DNA of 63,754 nucleotides, filler included, from Candidatus Fermentibacterota bacterium (GCA_016928395.1; 6 parts of 6 records of this genome joined end to end with filler, not necessarily neighbours in it), one strand, 5' to 3'; counted from the first letter of the whole stretch, positions 29,307 through 40,602 are shown. The notes: a model not told the origin generated them from the letters alone. Numbers and translations: made by a program.

Positions 29307-31451
29307 ATGCATCTTGCCAAGCGTGTTTTACGATGGCTTCCGGCGTTCCTTTGGCAGGCGGCCCTCCGTGCCGCGCGTCCCCGTACCTGTGCCTACGCGG
29401 CACTGGCGGCGCTCGCCGTGGCGGGGCGCGTTGCGGGAGAACCGACCGTCGATAGTCTGCGGGCGGTGTTGCAGTCTTCACCGACGGACTCTATCCGCGT
29501 GAACGTGCTGAATCAACTCGCGTTCGAACTTCACCGCACCGATCCGCATCAGACCCGCGCATACGTCTCCGAGGCCCTCGACCTAGCTACCAGCCTTGAT
29601 CTTACGGCGTGCACCGCCCGAAGTCATCAGGTGTTCGGCATCTACCACTGGACCCAAGGTGACTACAGGGAAGCGTTGCGTTCGCACTTCATCGCGCTGA
29701 CACTATATGAAGGTCTTGGGGACTCATCAGGCTTGGCGCGTTCCTACAACAATATAGGTGCCGTCTACTATAGTCGAAGTCTCTATGATGAGGCACTTGA
29801 CTATTTCATGAAATCACTCAGCATCTACGAGAATCGTCCTATCACGCCGGAAGTCGCATTCATTTACATCAATATCGGTGTCATAATGCGACTTCAGCAG
29901 AACTACGACCAAGCGCTCAGCTACTATCTCAAGGCCCTGGATTTCTATCGCCAAGAGGGATATGACCGAGACAGAGCCGCGGCATTGGCCGGCATAGGGG
30001 CTGTCTACCTTGATCGAGCCCGGTACGATGAGGCTATTGAGTACTACCGGAAGGCCCTGGAAATCCGTAATGCCATGGGCGATCGAAGCGGCATAGCCGC
30101 ATGCCTCCAGAGCATCGGGGTCATTCATCAACGGCAGGGGAGATCCGCGTTGGCTTTGGAGAGCCTCACCAGCGCCCTGACCATCGCTGCGGACCTGGGC
30201 AACAGAAACCTATTGGCAACGACTCATGTCGTCATGGGAACTATGCTTGTCCAGCTTCAACGCTTTGACCAGGCAGAGCGGCATCTGGAGAGCGGCCTGC
30301 GGCTCGCTTCCGACATCGGCGGACGACGAGTGGCCATGGAAGCATACCGAGGGCTTACGGAAGTAGCCACATCGCGGAGTGACTATCGAGCCGCTCTGCG
30401 ACTCCACCAGCAGTATGCCGCGCTCAGCGACAGCATCTACAATGCCGAGAAGACCCAGGCTATCGAGGATATGCATGCCAAGTACGAAGCGGCGAAGTTG
30501 GAAAGCGAGATTCGCGACCTTCACCTCGACAGTGAGAAGAAGGATGTGGAACTGGATCGTCGCCGGGTCGAGCTATCCAAACAGCGCATAGTCATCTACT
30601 CCCTGGCCACGGTGTTCGTGACCATCGTCGTGTTCTCCATTCTCCTTTCCCGGCAGTTGTCCCAGAACAAGCGAAATGCCATCCTCCTCGCACGGCAGAA
30701 CCACCAGCTTACGCGGCAACAGGAAATCCTCAATCGTCAGACAGCCGAGCTCACCCAGCTCAATGCCACCAAGGACCGGTTTTTCGCCATCATTGCCCAC
30801 GACCTCCGCAGCCCCTTGGCATCGCTGCTTTCCACCACCAAGTCACTTTCAGACTGTTGCGATAGTGTGGATGGCCAGAGTCTGCGGCACTATCTGGAGA
30901 CCATCAACACCTCAGCCGCCCGGCTCCACCGGCTCCTGGAGAACCTCCTCCAATGGGCATCTGCCCAGAGCGGCACCCTGCATGCAGAGGTAGGTACGGT
31001 GTCCGTGCGAGACGCGGTGACCGAGGTAGTCGGGGTTCTATGCGATACTGCCGAGGCAAAGGGGGTTGCCCTATCATCATCTGTGGCCCCAACGCTGCGA
31101 GTGGTGGCGGATGCGAACATGCTGCGCGTCGTGCTTCGTAATCTGGTGGACAATGCCATCAAGTTCAGTGGAGGGGGGAGCGAGGTGTCCGTGACCGCCG
31201 CTGAAGTCGACGGCGCTGCCGAGATCACCGTCGTCGACCACGGCGTCGGCATTCCGGCCACCGACCTGGCGAATCTCTTCCAACTCGACCGATCCCCGCG
31301 TACCAGGGGAACCACTGGAGAGCAAGGTTCGGGTCTGGGATTGACCCTGTGCCGCGACTTCATCACGACTCTGGGCGGCCGGATCTGGGCGGAGAGCACG
31401 CACGGGCAGGGCAGCACCTTCCACGTGGTGCTGCCTCTGAGCCGGGGGTAA
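29307..31451 (+). CDS. TPR-repeat sensor histidine kinase
   Basis: TPRs (YNNIGAVY...EALDYF), one TM helix, H-box IIAHDLRSPL, N-box NLVDNAIKF, G1 DHGVGI, G2 GSGLGL. Confidence 0.94.
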   Translation: MHLAKRVLRWLPAFLWQAALRAARPRTCAYAALAALAVAGRVAGEPTVDSLRAVLQSSPTDSIRVNVLNQLAFELHRTDPHQTRAYVSEALDLATSLDLTACTARSHQVFGIYHWTQGDYREALRSHFIALTLYEGLGDSSGLARSYNNIGAVYYSRSLYDEALDYFMKSLSIYENRPITPEVAFIYINIGVIMRLQQNYDQALSYYLKALDFYRQEGYDRDRAAALAGIGAVYLDRARYDEAIEYYRKALEIRNAMGDRSGIAACLQSIGVIHQRQGRSALALESLTSALTIAADLGNRNLLATTHVVMGTMLVQLQRFDQAERHLESGLRLASDIGGRRVAMEAYRGLTEVATSRSDYRAALRLHQQYAALSDSIYNAEKTQAIEDMHAKYEAAKLESEIRDLHLDSEKKDVELDRRRVELSKQRIVIYSLATVFVTIVVFSILLSRQLSQNKRNAILLARQNHQLTRQQEILNRQTAELTQLNATKDRFFAIIAHDLRSPLASLLSTTKSLSDCCDSVDGQSLRHYLETINTSAARLHRLLENLLQWASAQSGTLHAEVGTVSVRDAVTEVVGVLCDTAEAKGVALSSSVAPTLRVVADANMLRVVLRNLVDNAIKFSGGGSEVSVTAAEVDGAAEITVVDHGVGIPATDLANLFQLDRSPRTRGTTGEQGSGLGLTLCRDFITTLGGRIWAESTHGQGSTFHVVLPLSRG

Positions 31452-31629
31452 CCTGCACCCCACCCGGGGACAATCGCCACGCCGTCCAACAGGCCAAACG
31501 TAGAGCGCTCCATCTCTCCCCGCGTAGTACAGTCTCCTTTCCCGGCAGATCCACCGCCACCAGAACCGGTCCGGCAAGAGCTGCGGGAGCCAGAGTGATG
31601 AGCAGGAGCAGGGCAGTCATGGTGCACAT
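31363..31629 (-). pseudogene. Possible remnant of a secreted-protein gene
   Basis: GAGGAG RBS and signal peptide MCTMTALLLLITLAPAALA, then the frame degenerates and overlaps the kinase 3' end. Confidence 0.3.
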
Positions 31630-32260
31630 CAGAAACTCCTCTTCCCTGGGATGAGAGACAATCAACGGAACGACGTCACGTCGTGAGTCCCGCTTCATCA
31701 TCCCGTGAGATCAGGCACCCTCCGTGAACAGCCCTGTTAGCCCAGAAGCACGAGTTCGAGCGGCCAGTGGAGTCAAGGGTGCATCTGGTCAGAGTTGCAT
31801 CCGTTGCGTCAGCATCCGTTCGCAGAGATCTCGACAAGGGAGTCAGCCGGAGTGCATCGGCTCACGAAGGGGCGTGTACTTAGACCGGCTTCGTTCTCCG
31901 ACCCACGCCGAGATGGAATAGACTGCCGACGCGGATGCCCGACGGTATGTCCACATGCGGTCACTGCTGCGCAGTTTTGGGCAGTAGTGCCGTCCGCGGT
32001 GCTCGCCGTCCGGAGAGGAAGAGAGAGTAGGGGAATCGAATCGATCACACTCGAGCCAACTACAGGCTCTATGCCGGATCTTCTCGCCCTCTCATAGATC
32101 TTGACCTCACGAGCTCTGGGCATGAGCCTTGCTGCCCTGTATCTCGTTTGACCGTCGTCTAGGGAACACGCTCTCTGTTGAGTAGCTGTTGCGCCCTTCC
32201 AAGGCGTGATCTGCCGGGCCGAGACCCACGCTCGGCGATCTGCAACATCGGAGTAGGCCC

Positions 32261-34522
32261 GTGTCGCTGCCTCACATGGTTTCTGGATCCGTGCTCCTCG
32301 CGGTCACAATGACCCTTCATGCAGCGCCCCACCGGGAGGTTGACACCCTCGCCCCAGATCCGGTCCTCGCCAGTCCACAGATACGTACGCTGATCGTACG
32401 CAGCGATGAGAATTCCACGGCGCTGGACGTAGAGATCTTGGGTTCGCCCGGGCGACAATGGCCCGCGGAGATCGGCATAGGCCTCGTGGCTGTGGCTCCC
32501 CGTGGCCGGATCATGGCCAGACTTGACGCCGTTGACGCCCACGTTCTCGGGCAGGCTGACGACGTTGCGCGTATCCTCCCGGCAGACTTCCCGGAGGACC
32601 TCGTCCTTGTCGGGCCGCCGGGGATATGGCGGGAGCTGCGAGTCGTGCGCGTCGCAATTCGACCACAGTGGGGCGAAGGTGAGAGCGCGAGAGTCGCGCG
32701 ACGGGTGAGAGTCACCATCATCAATGCCGGCGGTCAGGGCGTAGCCGAACTGGATCATCCTGCCCGGCCTGTCTCGCTGGTGTGGGATCGCCTCTTCCGG
32801 GCCCATGTGCTGAACTACGAGGCGTTTCAGCCTCCCCGGCTCACCATCGGCACGGGCCCACGCTACATCGTGATCTCGCGATCGCGCTTCACGGAGCACA
32901 CACCGGCCTTCGTGGAGTGGAAGACTCGACAAGGATACGGGGTCGAGGTCATCACGCTCGAGGACTTGGGGTATACCGATCCCTTTGACCGCAACGCCAT
33001 CAATGCCACCAAGCGCTGCATTATGGAGGCATATACCTCCTGGGACCCGCCCCTGGAGTTCGTGCTCCTGACGGGTGACATGTACGCCGGGGCGCCCGCC
33101 GGTTCCATCTACAGCAAGCAGTTCACTGACATTCTTGGCTACTATCCCCTGGAGCGCTACTACGATCAGTGGTACGCGTTGGTCGACGGGCCGGACTTGT
33201 TACCCGATATCATGCTCGGCCGATTTCCCGACAGCAATGCCCAACGCATGGGATACCAGCTTGGCAAGACGGTCGGATACGAGATGAGCCCCCACATCGA
33301 AGGAACATGGCAACGCAATTCAGTCATGACCGCCATCCACAGCAACCCAACCCATCCGACCATCCTGACCAAACAGGCCGTCTCCGATAGTCTCGTAGCC
33401 TGGGGCATGACAGTCCACGAATTCTACTGCGGCCAGGCTATCCCTGCCCGCATCATTCCCGCGATCAACCAGGGAGTTGCCTTCTACAACTACCGAGGAG
33501 AGTGGTGCGGAGAGAACGACTGGGGAGGCACCTTCTACCCTAACGACGCCGCGTACATCAGCAATGTGAACAAGTTGGGCGTGTGGACGGCCATAAGCTG
33601 CAGCACCGCGGATTTTGTCTTCAACTACCCCATCAACGCCGAAATTCTCCTGCGATTAGGCCATGACAATCCGGCCGCCCCTCGAGGGGCGGTGGCGGTA
33701 GTGGGCTCCCAGGGCTACACCCACGCCAACTTCAATAACCCCTTGGACTGGGCCTTCTACCACGCCTTTACCCATCAAGACGCCACGCTCTTGGGCGAGG
33801 CCTTCATGGCCTCCAAGATCTACGTCGCATCCGTCACCGCCCCCAGCGACAGCCAGACTACCACTTTGTGCGAGTATACCATCCTTGGCGACCCCTCGCT
33901 GCAGGTGTGGACCGATGTGCCGACGCCGCTTTCCGTTGCCATTGACCCGCCATCAGTGCCCGAAGGGATGACCACCCCGGTGACCCTCTCGGTTACCACC
34001 GACGCTGTTTCGCCGGTCTCCGGCGCCTTGGCCTGCCTCCGGCGCGGGGGGGATGTCTACGTCTACGGGTACACCGATGATTCTGGCGCGGTGACCCTCC
34101 CGGTGATGCCCACGGAGACTGGAACCTCCGGCGTGCCTGTCGACGTCACCATCACTGCTGTCAACAGGATCCCCCACTACGGCACCCTCCCGGTGCTCAC
34201 CAGCAGGCCCGCACCCCCGGGCAATGTGACGGTTGTCATCGACCGTGATGCCCGGCTGAAGATCACCTGGAACCCAGTGCTCTCCGATGAACGAGGTCTT
34301 CCCGTGGTCATAGACCGCTACGAGGTCTCCCTTGATGACGACGCATTCGTCGCGGCAGATCGCCCCGCGGCTTCCGCGGGAACAACGACGGCTATCTCCT
34401 TTGCCACCACCTCGCCAGGCACCTTCGTGCGCGTGGTCGCAGTCTCACGCGAGGGCCGAAGGTCGCACCCAAGTGAACCCGAGGGCGCCGTCTCCCTACC
34501 GCTGGCCATGCCCGTGAGGTAA
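32261..34522 (+). CDS. C25 (gingipain-like) family protein with propeptide and an FnIII-like tail
   Basis: FVEWKTRQGY, FVLLTGD, DQWYALVDG.D.LPDIMLGRFP, NYRG, ISCSTADF, YTILGDPSLQVW. Confidence 0.85.
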   Translation: MSLPHMVSGSVLLAVTMTLHAAPHREVDTLAPDPVLASPQIRTLIVRSDENSTALDVEILGSPGRQWPAEIGIGLVAVAPRGRIMARLDAVDAHVLGQADDVARILPADFPEDLVLVGPPGIWRELRVVRVAIRPQWGEGESARVARRVRVTIINAGGQGVAELDHPARPVSLVWDRLFRAHVLNYEAFQPPRLTIGTGPRYIVISRSRFTEHTPAFVEWKTRQGYGVEVITLEDLGYTDPFDRNAINATKRCIMEAYTSWDPPLEFVLLTGDMYAGAPAGSIYSKQFTDILGYYPLERYYDQWYALVDGPDLLPDIMLGRFPDSNAQRMGYQLGKTVGYEMSPHIEGTWQRNSVMTAIHSNPTHPTILTKQAVSDSLVAWGMTVHEFYCGQAIPARIIPAINQGVAFYNYRGEWCGENDWGGTFYPNDAAYISNVNKLGVWTAISCSTADFVFNYPINAEILLRLGHDNPAAPRGAVAVVGSQGYTHANFNNPLDWAFYHAFTHQDATLLGEAFMASKIYVASVTAPSDSQTTTLCEYTILGDPSLQVWTDVPTPLSVAIDPPSVPEGMTTPVTLSVTTDAVSPVSGALACLRRGGDVYVYGYTDDSGAVTLPVMPTETGTSGVPVDVTITAVNRIPHYGTLPVLTSRPAPPGNVTVVIDRDARLKITWNPVLSDERGLPVVIDRYEVSLDDDAFVAADRPAASAGTTTAISFATTSPGTFVRVVAVSREGRRSHPSEPEGAVSLPLAMPVR

Positions 34523-34525
34523 GGG

Positions 34526-37500
34526 ATGCACCGGGGACACCTGACGAGCTACGGTTTCCGATGCATCGAACCTATCCGGCCCGGCCTTCCCTGCCGACCT
34601 GTCCTCATTCTATCAATGATCTCTGTGTTGCTCGCCGCGGAGGCGGAACCCGCGACCTTCACCGTAACCTCAACCGCCGCGACGGGGGCGGGCTCGCTCC
34701 GCGAAGCAATTACCTTGGCCAATACCGCCACCGGCCTCGATACCGTGGCCTTCAGCATACCGGGGGCCTTACCCACGATCATCAGCCTTACCACGACGCT
34801 CCCGTCCATCACCTCACCGCTCTATCTCGACGGCTATACCCAGCCGGGCTCTGCACCGGCCAACGGGTCATCTCCTGCGATCATCGGTGTGCAGCTCCAG
34901 GGAAGCGCAGGAGGCACGGGCCTCAGCGTGTCCTCAGCAGGGGGCACCGTGCGAGGCCTTGCCATCGGAGGTTTCATCACCGGTGTCTCGATCAACGGTG
35001 CACCGGGAACGCTCATCGAGGGCAATCATATCGGCGTCGATGCCGCGGGCGCGTCGGTCCTGCCCAATGGGGTTGGAATCCGCCTACTTTCCGGCGGGCA
35101 CCAGATAGGAGGGACTCTCCCAGAGTCCCGCAACCTGATATCCGGCAATACCCAGCACGGAATAGACATCCAGACCGGCGACTGGGATCCCGAGCCGGGA
35201 GAGACCAACTCCATCATGGGCAACTACATCGGCGCCGATGCCACGGGTGGAGGCGCCCAGGGAAACGGGGGATGTGGGATCGTGGTGACCCGCGGTGCTG
35301 ATACTTCGATAGGGGGCATCGCTCCCGGTGCAGGGAATGTCATCGCTTTCAATGGAGGACCCGGCGTGTACGTTGCTCACGGTATACGTAACTGCATCCT
35401 CTCCAACGCCATTTTCGACAATGGCGGTCTCGGCATCGACCTCCTGTGGGACTACTGGGATACCGAACCTGATGGCGTGAACCCCAATGATGTCGGCGAC
35501 GGTGATTGGGGGGCCAATGAACTACAGAATTTCCCGGTGCTGACCAGCGCCCAGAGCGCAGGCTCCTCGCTCATCATCACCGGATCGCTGAACAGCCTGC
35601 CCAACGCGGATTACCGCGTAGAATTCTACAGTTCGCCCTCTCCGGATGAGGCAGGCTACGGCGAGGGAAACGCATTCGTATGCGCCACCCAGGTGACCAC
35701 GGATGCTTCGGGCTCGTGCGAGTTCGTGGCCACTTCGGCCCTCTCGCCGGCTCTGGGATCATTCATCTCCGCGACTGCCACCGATGCGCTGAATAACACA
35801 TCGGAGTTCAGCCGTTGCCTTCCGTTTCAGGGCTCAACCCTCGTCACCACCTCCCTGGATTCCGGACCGGGCTCCCTGCGCAACGCCATCGCGACTTCAA
35901 ACCTCACGCCGGGCCTCGATACGATTTCCTTTGGCATCCCCACCGCCGGGGCCCACGTCATTCGCGTCCAGTCTCCTCTTCCCCCACTGGAGGACCGCGT
36001 GGTCATCGACGGGTATACCCAGAACGGTGCCACGGAAGCAACCGCGGAGTCGCCCGCCGCACTCATGATCGAGATCGATGGAAGCCTCTTGGGCGGCAAC
36101 GCCAGCGGACTCACCATCAGGGCCGGCCCGTGCACGATACGGGGGTTGGCTGTGGGAGGATTCCCGTGGTGCGGCATACTCTCGGAACACAGCGATTCCA
36201 GCATCATCGCGGGAAACCATCTGGGAGTGGATGGCACGGGCACGGCATTGCGGGGCAATGGGATCGGGATATACATCCAGGATGGAGCGGGCACCGTGGT
36301 CGGAGGATCCTCTCCGGCGACGAAGAATGTGATAAGTGGGAATGCCCTTGCCGGTCTTATCCTGGCAGGTTCGATGGATAGCGCCGTCGGCAACTATGTG
36401 GGCACCGCGTCCGACGGCACCTCGCCCCTGGGGAATGGCATTGGAGTCATCCTTGGAAAAGACGAGATTCTGGGAGGCGGTGAACCCATCTGCAGAAACG
36501 TGATCGCAAGTAACAACAGCCACGGAGTGGTGGCTGCGCTCTCGGGCAGCGCCGTGACGCACAATTGGATTGGCATGACAATCGGCGGTGGGGCAGTGGG
36601 GAACGGGGGCGTCGGAATCGGTGTCGGGATAGAATGGCTTGATGATACCCTCACCGGGCGACTCAGCCTCAGAGCTCCTTCGGAAGACGGAGTGAGAAAC
36701 ACTATCAGGGAGAACATAATCTGCGGGAGTGCAGGGCTGGGCATCGATCTCTATCCCCCTGGGCCGGGCATCAATGATGCCGGCGATATCGATACCGGCG
36801 CCAATGCGCAGCAGAACTACCCGATTCTCTTGCAGGCACTGGACAACCAGGGTGTGACTGTCCTGTCAGGTGAACTGCAGAGCGCCCCCAACGTGGAATT
36901 CACCATAGACTTCTACTGCAATGACCTACCCGATCCCACCAACCACGGCGAGGGTCTCGTCCCTTTGGGTTCCGCGGCCACACTCACGGATGCCCAGGGC
37001 AACGGCACGGTGTCGCTGCAGGTGCCTTCCGGCCAGCTCCAAGGCCGTTTCGTGTGCTGCACCTCCACCGACCCTGAAGGCAACACCTCGGAGTTCGGGC
37101 CATGTCTGGCGATCGGCGGCTCGGGGGCCGTCACGACCACTGCGGATACCGGTGTGGGTTCTCTCCGGATGGCCATCGCGGCCGCGAATGCCAGCAATGA
37201 CATCTCTACCGTGACCTTTGCGCTGCCGGGCCCCGGGCCGCACACCATCCGGCCGACGTCACCACTTCCCCCGCTCCTGCGGTCAATCACCGTCGATGGC
37301 TACACACAGACGGGCGCACAGGTCGCCACTGACTCTGAACCGGCGATCCTCAAGATCTATGTCGACGGAACCCTGGCAGGAGAGAACGTCGACGGGCTTA
37401 CACTTGCTGGAGAGGCCCCAGTCGTCTCGGGGATCGTGGTGACTGGCTTCTCCGGCTGCGGCGTCCTCATCACCGGCAGCGGGGCTGCGGTGCGCGGATC

Positions 37501-38944
37501 CTGGATCGGTGCTCCCATGCCGTCGATGGTCGCAAACGGCGGCGACGGCATCCGTATCGAAGCGTCAGGTGCCACAGTAGGAGGCATAGACCCCGCCGAT
37601 CGATGCGTGGTCTCGGCCAATCTGGGTGACGGGATTCGGATCTCGGGTACTCAGGCCACGGGAAACATCGTCATAGGGAGCCATATCGGTACCGATCCCT
37701 GGGGTACTTCCGCCCGCCCCAACGGTGCAGCCGGCATTCGCCTATCCGGAGAAGACAATGCTATCGGCAACGGGCGGCCTGATGGCCGCAATGTCATCTC
37801 CGGCAATACCGGTGAGGGAGTAGTGATCGAGAGAGCCGGCAATGTACTCCGGGGCAATTGCATCGGTGTCGACGCCACCGGATGTCGCGCCATGGGCAAT
37901 GCAAGCCACGGGATACTGGTTTCCTCGGCAGACGATGCCGTCATCGGCGGTGATGCGGCCGGTGACGCGAATATCATCTCGGCCAATGGTGGAGCGGGAG
38001 TCAGCATTCGCTACGGCGGTTCGGCGGACAATCGTGTGAGCGGAAACTTCATTGGAACAGATGCTGCCGGTAACCCTGTGGGCAACGTGGCATCGGGTGT
38101 GTCCATCCGAGGCGCCCAGCGCACGACCGTCGGTGGCGCGTCGCCGGGTCTGGGCAATACCATCGCCTTCAACGGCGGCGCGGGCATCGAGGTGGTCACG
38201 GGTTTGGGCAATGCCTTCACGTGCAACTCCATTCATGACAACGTAGGTCTCGGCATCGATCTGGGACCTTCTGGCGTCACGCCCAATGACCCCTTCGACG
38301 TGGACACGGGCGCCAACATGCTGCAGAATTTCCCAGAGCTCGCCGGCGCCCGGTTCGATACGGGCGGTACACTGGCCGTATGGGGCATACTCCGTAGCAC
38401 ACCGTCGGAGGTCTTCACGGTACAGTTCTTCTGGTCTCCCACCGCCGACCCCTCCGGATACGGCGAAGGAGCCCACTGGGCTGGCCAATGCGTAGTGACG
38501 ACGGGCTCAAACGGGCAGGCCGACTTCGATGTCTCCATCCCGATTGACGGTCTTGTTCATGGAGCGACGTTGAGCGCCCTCGCCACCGGCGCTTCGGGCA
38601 ATACCTCGGAGTTTTGCCTGTCCGTGCCGATAGAGGGGCTTCCTGCAACGGCCACCCCCGCGGTGCAGGCCTTCGATCTACGGCAGAACGCACCCAACCC
38701 ATTTTCCAGTGCCACAGCCATAGAGTTCAGCCTGCCTGCCGCAGCGTTCGTGACTGTTGATGTCTTTGATGCCGGCGGCCGGGACATCCGGTGCCTGATC
38801 GCCTCGCCCATGGACACCGGAGCTCATACCGTGACCTGGGATGGAGCCGGGCATGACGGCATGCCGGTCGCACCCGGCCTCTACATATGCCGCCTTCAGG
38901 CCGGGGAACGCCGTGCGACACGGCCGATGGTACTGCTGCGATGA
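34526..38944 (+). CDS. Large secreted beta-helix repeat protein (three CSLREA-like modules) with FlgD-Ig tail
   Basis: Three units starting GSLREAI/GSLRNAI/GSLRMAI with GNxIG, NxISGN, GLGIDL, GANxxQN[FY]P, NTSEF; tail PNPF...WDG..PGLY..PMVLLR. Confidence 0.85.
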   Translation: MHRGHLTSYGFRCIEPIRPGLPCRPVLILSMISVLLAAEAEPATFTVTSTAATGAGSLREAITLANTATGLDTVAFSIPGALPTIISLTTTLPSITSPLYLDGYTQPGSAPANGSSPAIIGVQLQGSAGGTGLSVSSAGGTVRGLAIGGFITGVSINGAPGTLIEGNHIGVDAAGASVLPNGVGIRLLSGGHQIGGTLPESRNLISGNTQHGIDIQTGDWDPEPGETNSIMGNYIGADATGGGAQGNGGCGIVVTRGADTSIGGIAPGAGNVIAFNGGPGVYVAHGIRNCILSNAIFDNGGLGIDLLWDYWDTEPDGVNPNDVGDGDWGANELQNFPVLTSAQSAGSSLIITGSLNSLPNADYRVEFYSSPSPDEAGYGEGNAFVCATQVTTDASGSCEFVATSALSPALGSFISATATDALNNTSEFSRCLPFQGSTLVTTSLDSGPGSLRNAIATSNLTPGLDTISFGIPTAGAHVIRVQSPLPPLEDRVVIDGYTQNGATEATAESPAALMIEIDGSLLGGNASGLTIRAGPCTIRGLAVGGFPWCGILSEHSDSSIIAGNHLGVDGTGTALRGNGIGIYIQDGAGTVVGGSSPATKNVISGNALAGLILAGSMDSAVGNYVGTASDGTSPLGNGIGVILGKDEILGGGEPICRNVIASNNSHGVVAALSGSAVTHNWIGMTIGGGAVGNGGVGIGVGIEWLDDTLTGRLSLRAPSEDGVRNTIRENIICGSAGLGIDLYPPGPGINDAGDIDTGANAQQNYPILLQALDNQGVTVLSGELQSAPNVEFTIDFYCNDLPDPTNHGEGLVPLGSAATLTDAQGNGTVSLQVPSGQLQGRFVCCTSTDPEGNTSEFGPCLAIGGSGAVTTTADTGVGSLRMAIAAANASNDISTVTFALPGPGPHTIRPTSPLPPLLRSITVDGYTQTGAQVATDSEPAILKIYVDGTLAGENVDGLTLAGEAPVVSGIVVTGFSGCGVLITGSGAAVRGSWIGAPMPSMVANGGDGIRIEASGATVGGIDPADRCVVSANLGDGIRISGTQATGNIVIGSHIGTDPWGTSARPNGAAGIRLSGEDNAIGNGRPDGRNVISGNTGEGVVIERAGNVLRGNCIGVDATGCRAMGNASHGILVSSADDAVIGGDAAGDANIISANGGAGVSIRYGGSADNRVSGNFIGTDAAGNPVGNVASGVSIRGAQRTTVGGASPGLGNTIAFNGGAGIEVVTGLGNAFTCNSIHDNVGLGIDLGPSGVTPNDPFDVDTGANMLQNFPELAGARFDTGGTLAVWGILRSTPSEVFTVQFFWSPTADPSGYGEGAHWAGQCVVTTGSNGQADFDVSIPIDGLVHGATLSALATGASGNTSEFCLSVPIEGLPATATPAVQAFDLRQNAPNPFSSATAIEFSLPAAAFVTVDVFDAGGRDIRCLIASPMDTGAHTVTWDGAGHDGMPVAPGLYICRLQAGERRATRPMVLLR

Positions 38945-40602
38945 GAGGACGGCATGTGTTCCCGCATATCCACGCTCCGACTGACCCGCCGACGCCGCCG
39001 ATACGCGGGCGCCTTGAAAGCAGGCTCGTGGCGATCATTCTCGCCTGCACGGCCATGGCCTATGCGGGAGCGTGGTGCGAAACGCCCCCGTACGCCCTGT
39101 ATTCACCCAATGAGCAACAAGACGGACGGTTTGGGTGGTCCATCGCTCCGGTGGACACTGCCGTGGTGGGTATGGCCGGCATCGTGGTCGGAGCGCCCTA
39201 CGAGGAATCCGACGGGGTAGCGGAGGCAGGAATGGCCTATTGTTTTCGAGCCGCAGACGGCCTTCTCCAAAGCGAACTGAGGTCTGACGCACCACAGGTG
39301 CGCGGGCGCTTCGGCTTCGCCGCCGCGAGCATAGGAGATATCGACGGTGATGGCGAGACAGACCTGGCCGTAGGCGCGCCCGGTGAAAACTCGGGGGACT
39401 ACCCCGCCGCGGGCCAGGCATACCTCATCAGCGGTGCATTCGGGACGAGTATCAGAAACCTGGATTCACCCGGAGCGGAACCCGCGGGGTACTTCGGTTG
39501 GAGCCTCCTCGCCTTGGCTGATATCACCGGAGACGGCATCGGCGACATCGCGGTGGGCGCACCCGGCGAGACCCCCGCGCCGTCCCGCTGCAATGTAGGG
39601 CGGGTCTATCTCTTCAGCGGCGCCACAGGCGAGTGTTGTGGCGCACTGGATGCGCCAGTGTCGCTGGCAGACGGTCGATTCGGTGCCGTTATGGCGGGAC
39701 TGCGCGCGGCGGACGGGTCACCCTTGATCGCGTTCGGCCTGCCCACTGCCGGCGACTCTTCCTCGGGGGAAGTGTTTATCATGGGCGTCACCGGTCAGGT
39801 CATCCAATGCCTGGTGCCTCCCTCGCCCGCTGCAGGCGCACGGTTTGGGAGTGCACTGGCACCCTGTCACGACATTGATGGGGATGGATTCCCGGATCTA
39901 CTCATTGGCGCACCCGGTTCCAGTGATCGCGGCCGTGCCTATGCCTTCAGCGGGGCCGCCGGCATCCTATTGACGGAGTTCTCGCCTCCCCCCGATGTGG
40001 GTGGGTTCTACGGCCGCTCGGTGGCGCCCGCGGGCGATATCGATGGTGACGGCTGCGCGGAGATTGCTGTAGGCTATCTGGTGGACGCGCCGGGTGAGGG
40101 ATGGCGGGGCGGCGTGCATGTGGCCCGAACCGGCGGGGAGCATGTGAGAGCGCTCACTGCTCCCGAGGCTTCAGGCAGCAGTTTTGGATGGTCACTCGCC
40201 GCGCTGGGCGATCCCGGTGGTGACGGCCAAGACGATCTCGCCATCGGCGCCTACGGAGCGGCGGGGAGTGCCGGGTTCCATGAGGCGGGGTGTCTATTTG
40301 TCCTGAGCCCCCAATCCGCCCCGTATCGGCCACAGCCCCGGGTAGTGCGTCTTCTGGGGCCATGGCCCAATCCTGCCCGCGATGTGGCCCGCATCCTCGT
40401 ACAAGGCTCCCACGGAGACGAGATACGAGTGACTCTGCGCGATGCGGCCGGCCGCGCAGCTCCTGCATCTGCATGCCGCGTCGAGGGCAAAGGCGATGAC
40501 TACGAACTCCGTCTCTCCCCCACCCTCCCCTCAGGATTGTACTGGCTTTGCGCCTCCTCCGGGCGATGCGTCACCACCAAGCCCTTGCTGGTGATCAGGT
40601 AG
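38941..40602 (+). CDS. FG-GAP / integrin-alpha-like beta-propeller protein with T9SS-like tail
   Basis: Repeated FG.S...DIDGDG..DL.VGAPG; tail PWPNPA...SGLY..KPLLVIR; ATGA overlap at 38941. Confidence 0.88.
   Translation: MRGRHVFPHIHAPTDPPTPPIRGRLESRLVAIILACTAMAYAGAWCETPPYALYSPNEQQDGRFGWSIAPVDTAVVGMAGIVVGAPYEESDGVAEAGMAYCFRAADGLLQSELRSDAPQVRGRFGFAAASIGDIDGDGETDLAVGAPGENSGDYPAAGQAYLISGAFGTSIRNLDSPGAEPAGYFGWSLLALADITGDGIGDIAVGAPGETPAPSRCNVGRVYLFSGATGECCGALDAPVSLADGRFGAVMAGLRAADGSPLIAFGLPTAGDSSSGEVFIMGVTGQVIQCLVPPSPAAGARFGSALAPCHDIDGDGFPDLLIGAPGSSDRGRAYAFSGAAGILLTEFSPPPDVGGFYGRSVAPAGDIDGDGCAEIAVGYLVDAPGEGWRGGVHVARTGGEHVRALTAPEASGSSFGWSLAALGDPGGDGQDDLAIGAYGAAGSAGFHEAGCLFVLSPQSAPYRPQPRVVRLLGPWPNPARDVARILVQGSHGDEIRVTLRDAAGRAAPASACRVEGKGDDYELRLSPTLPSGLYWLCASSGRCVTTKPLLVIR

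Noticed and set aside
31700-32260. ORFs 31795-32097 and 31809-32123
   Set aside because: No recognisable motifs or convincing RBS; left unannotated
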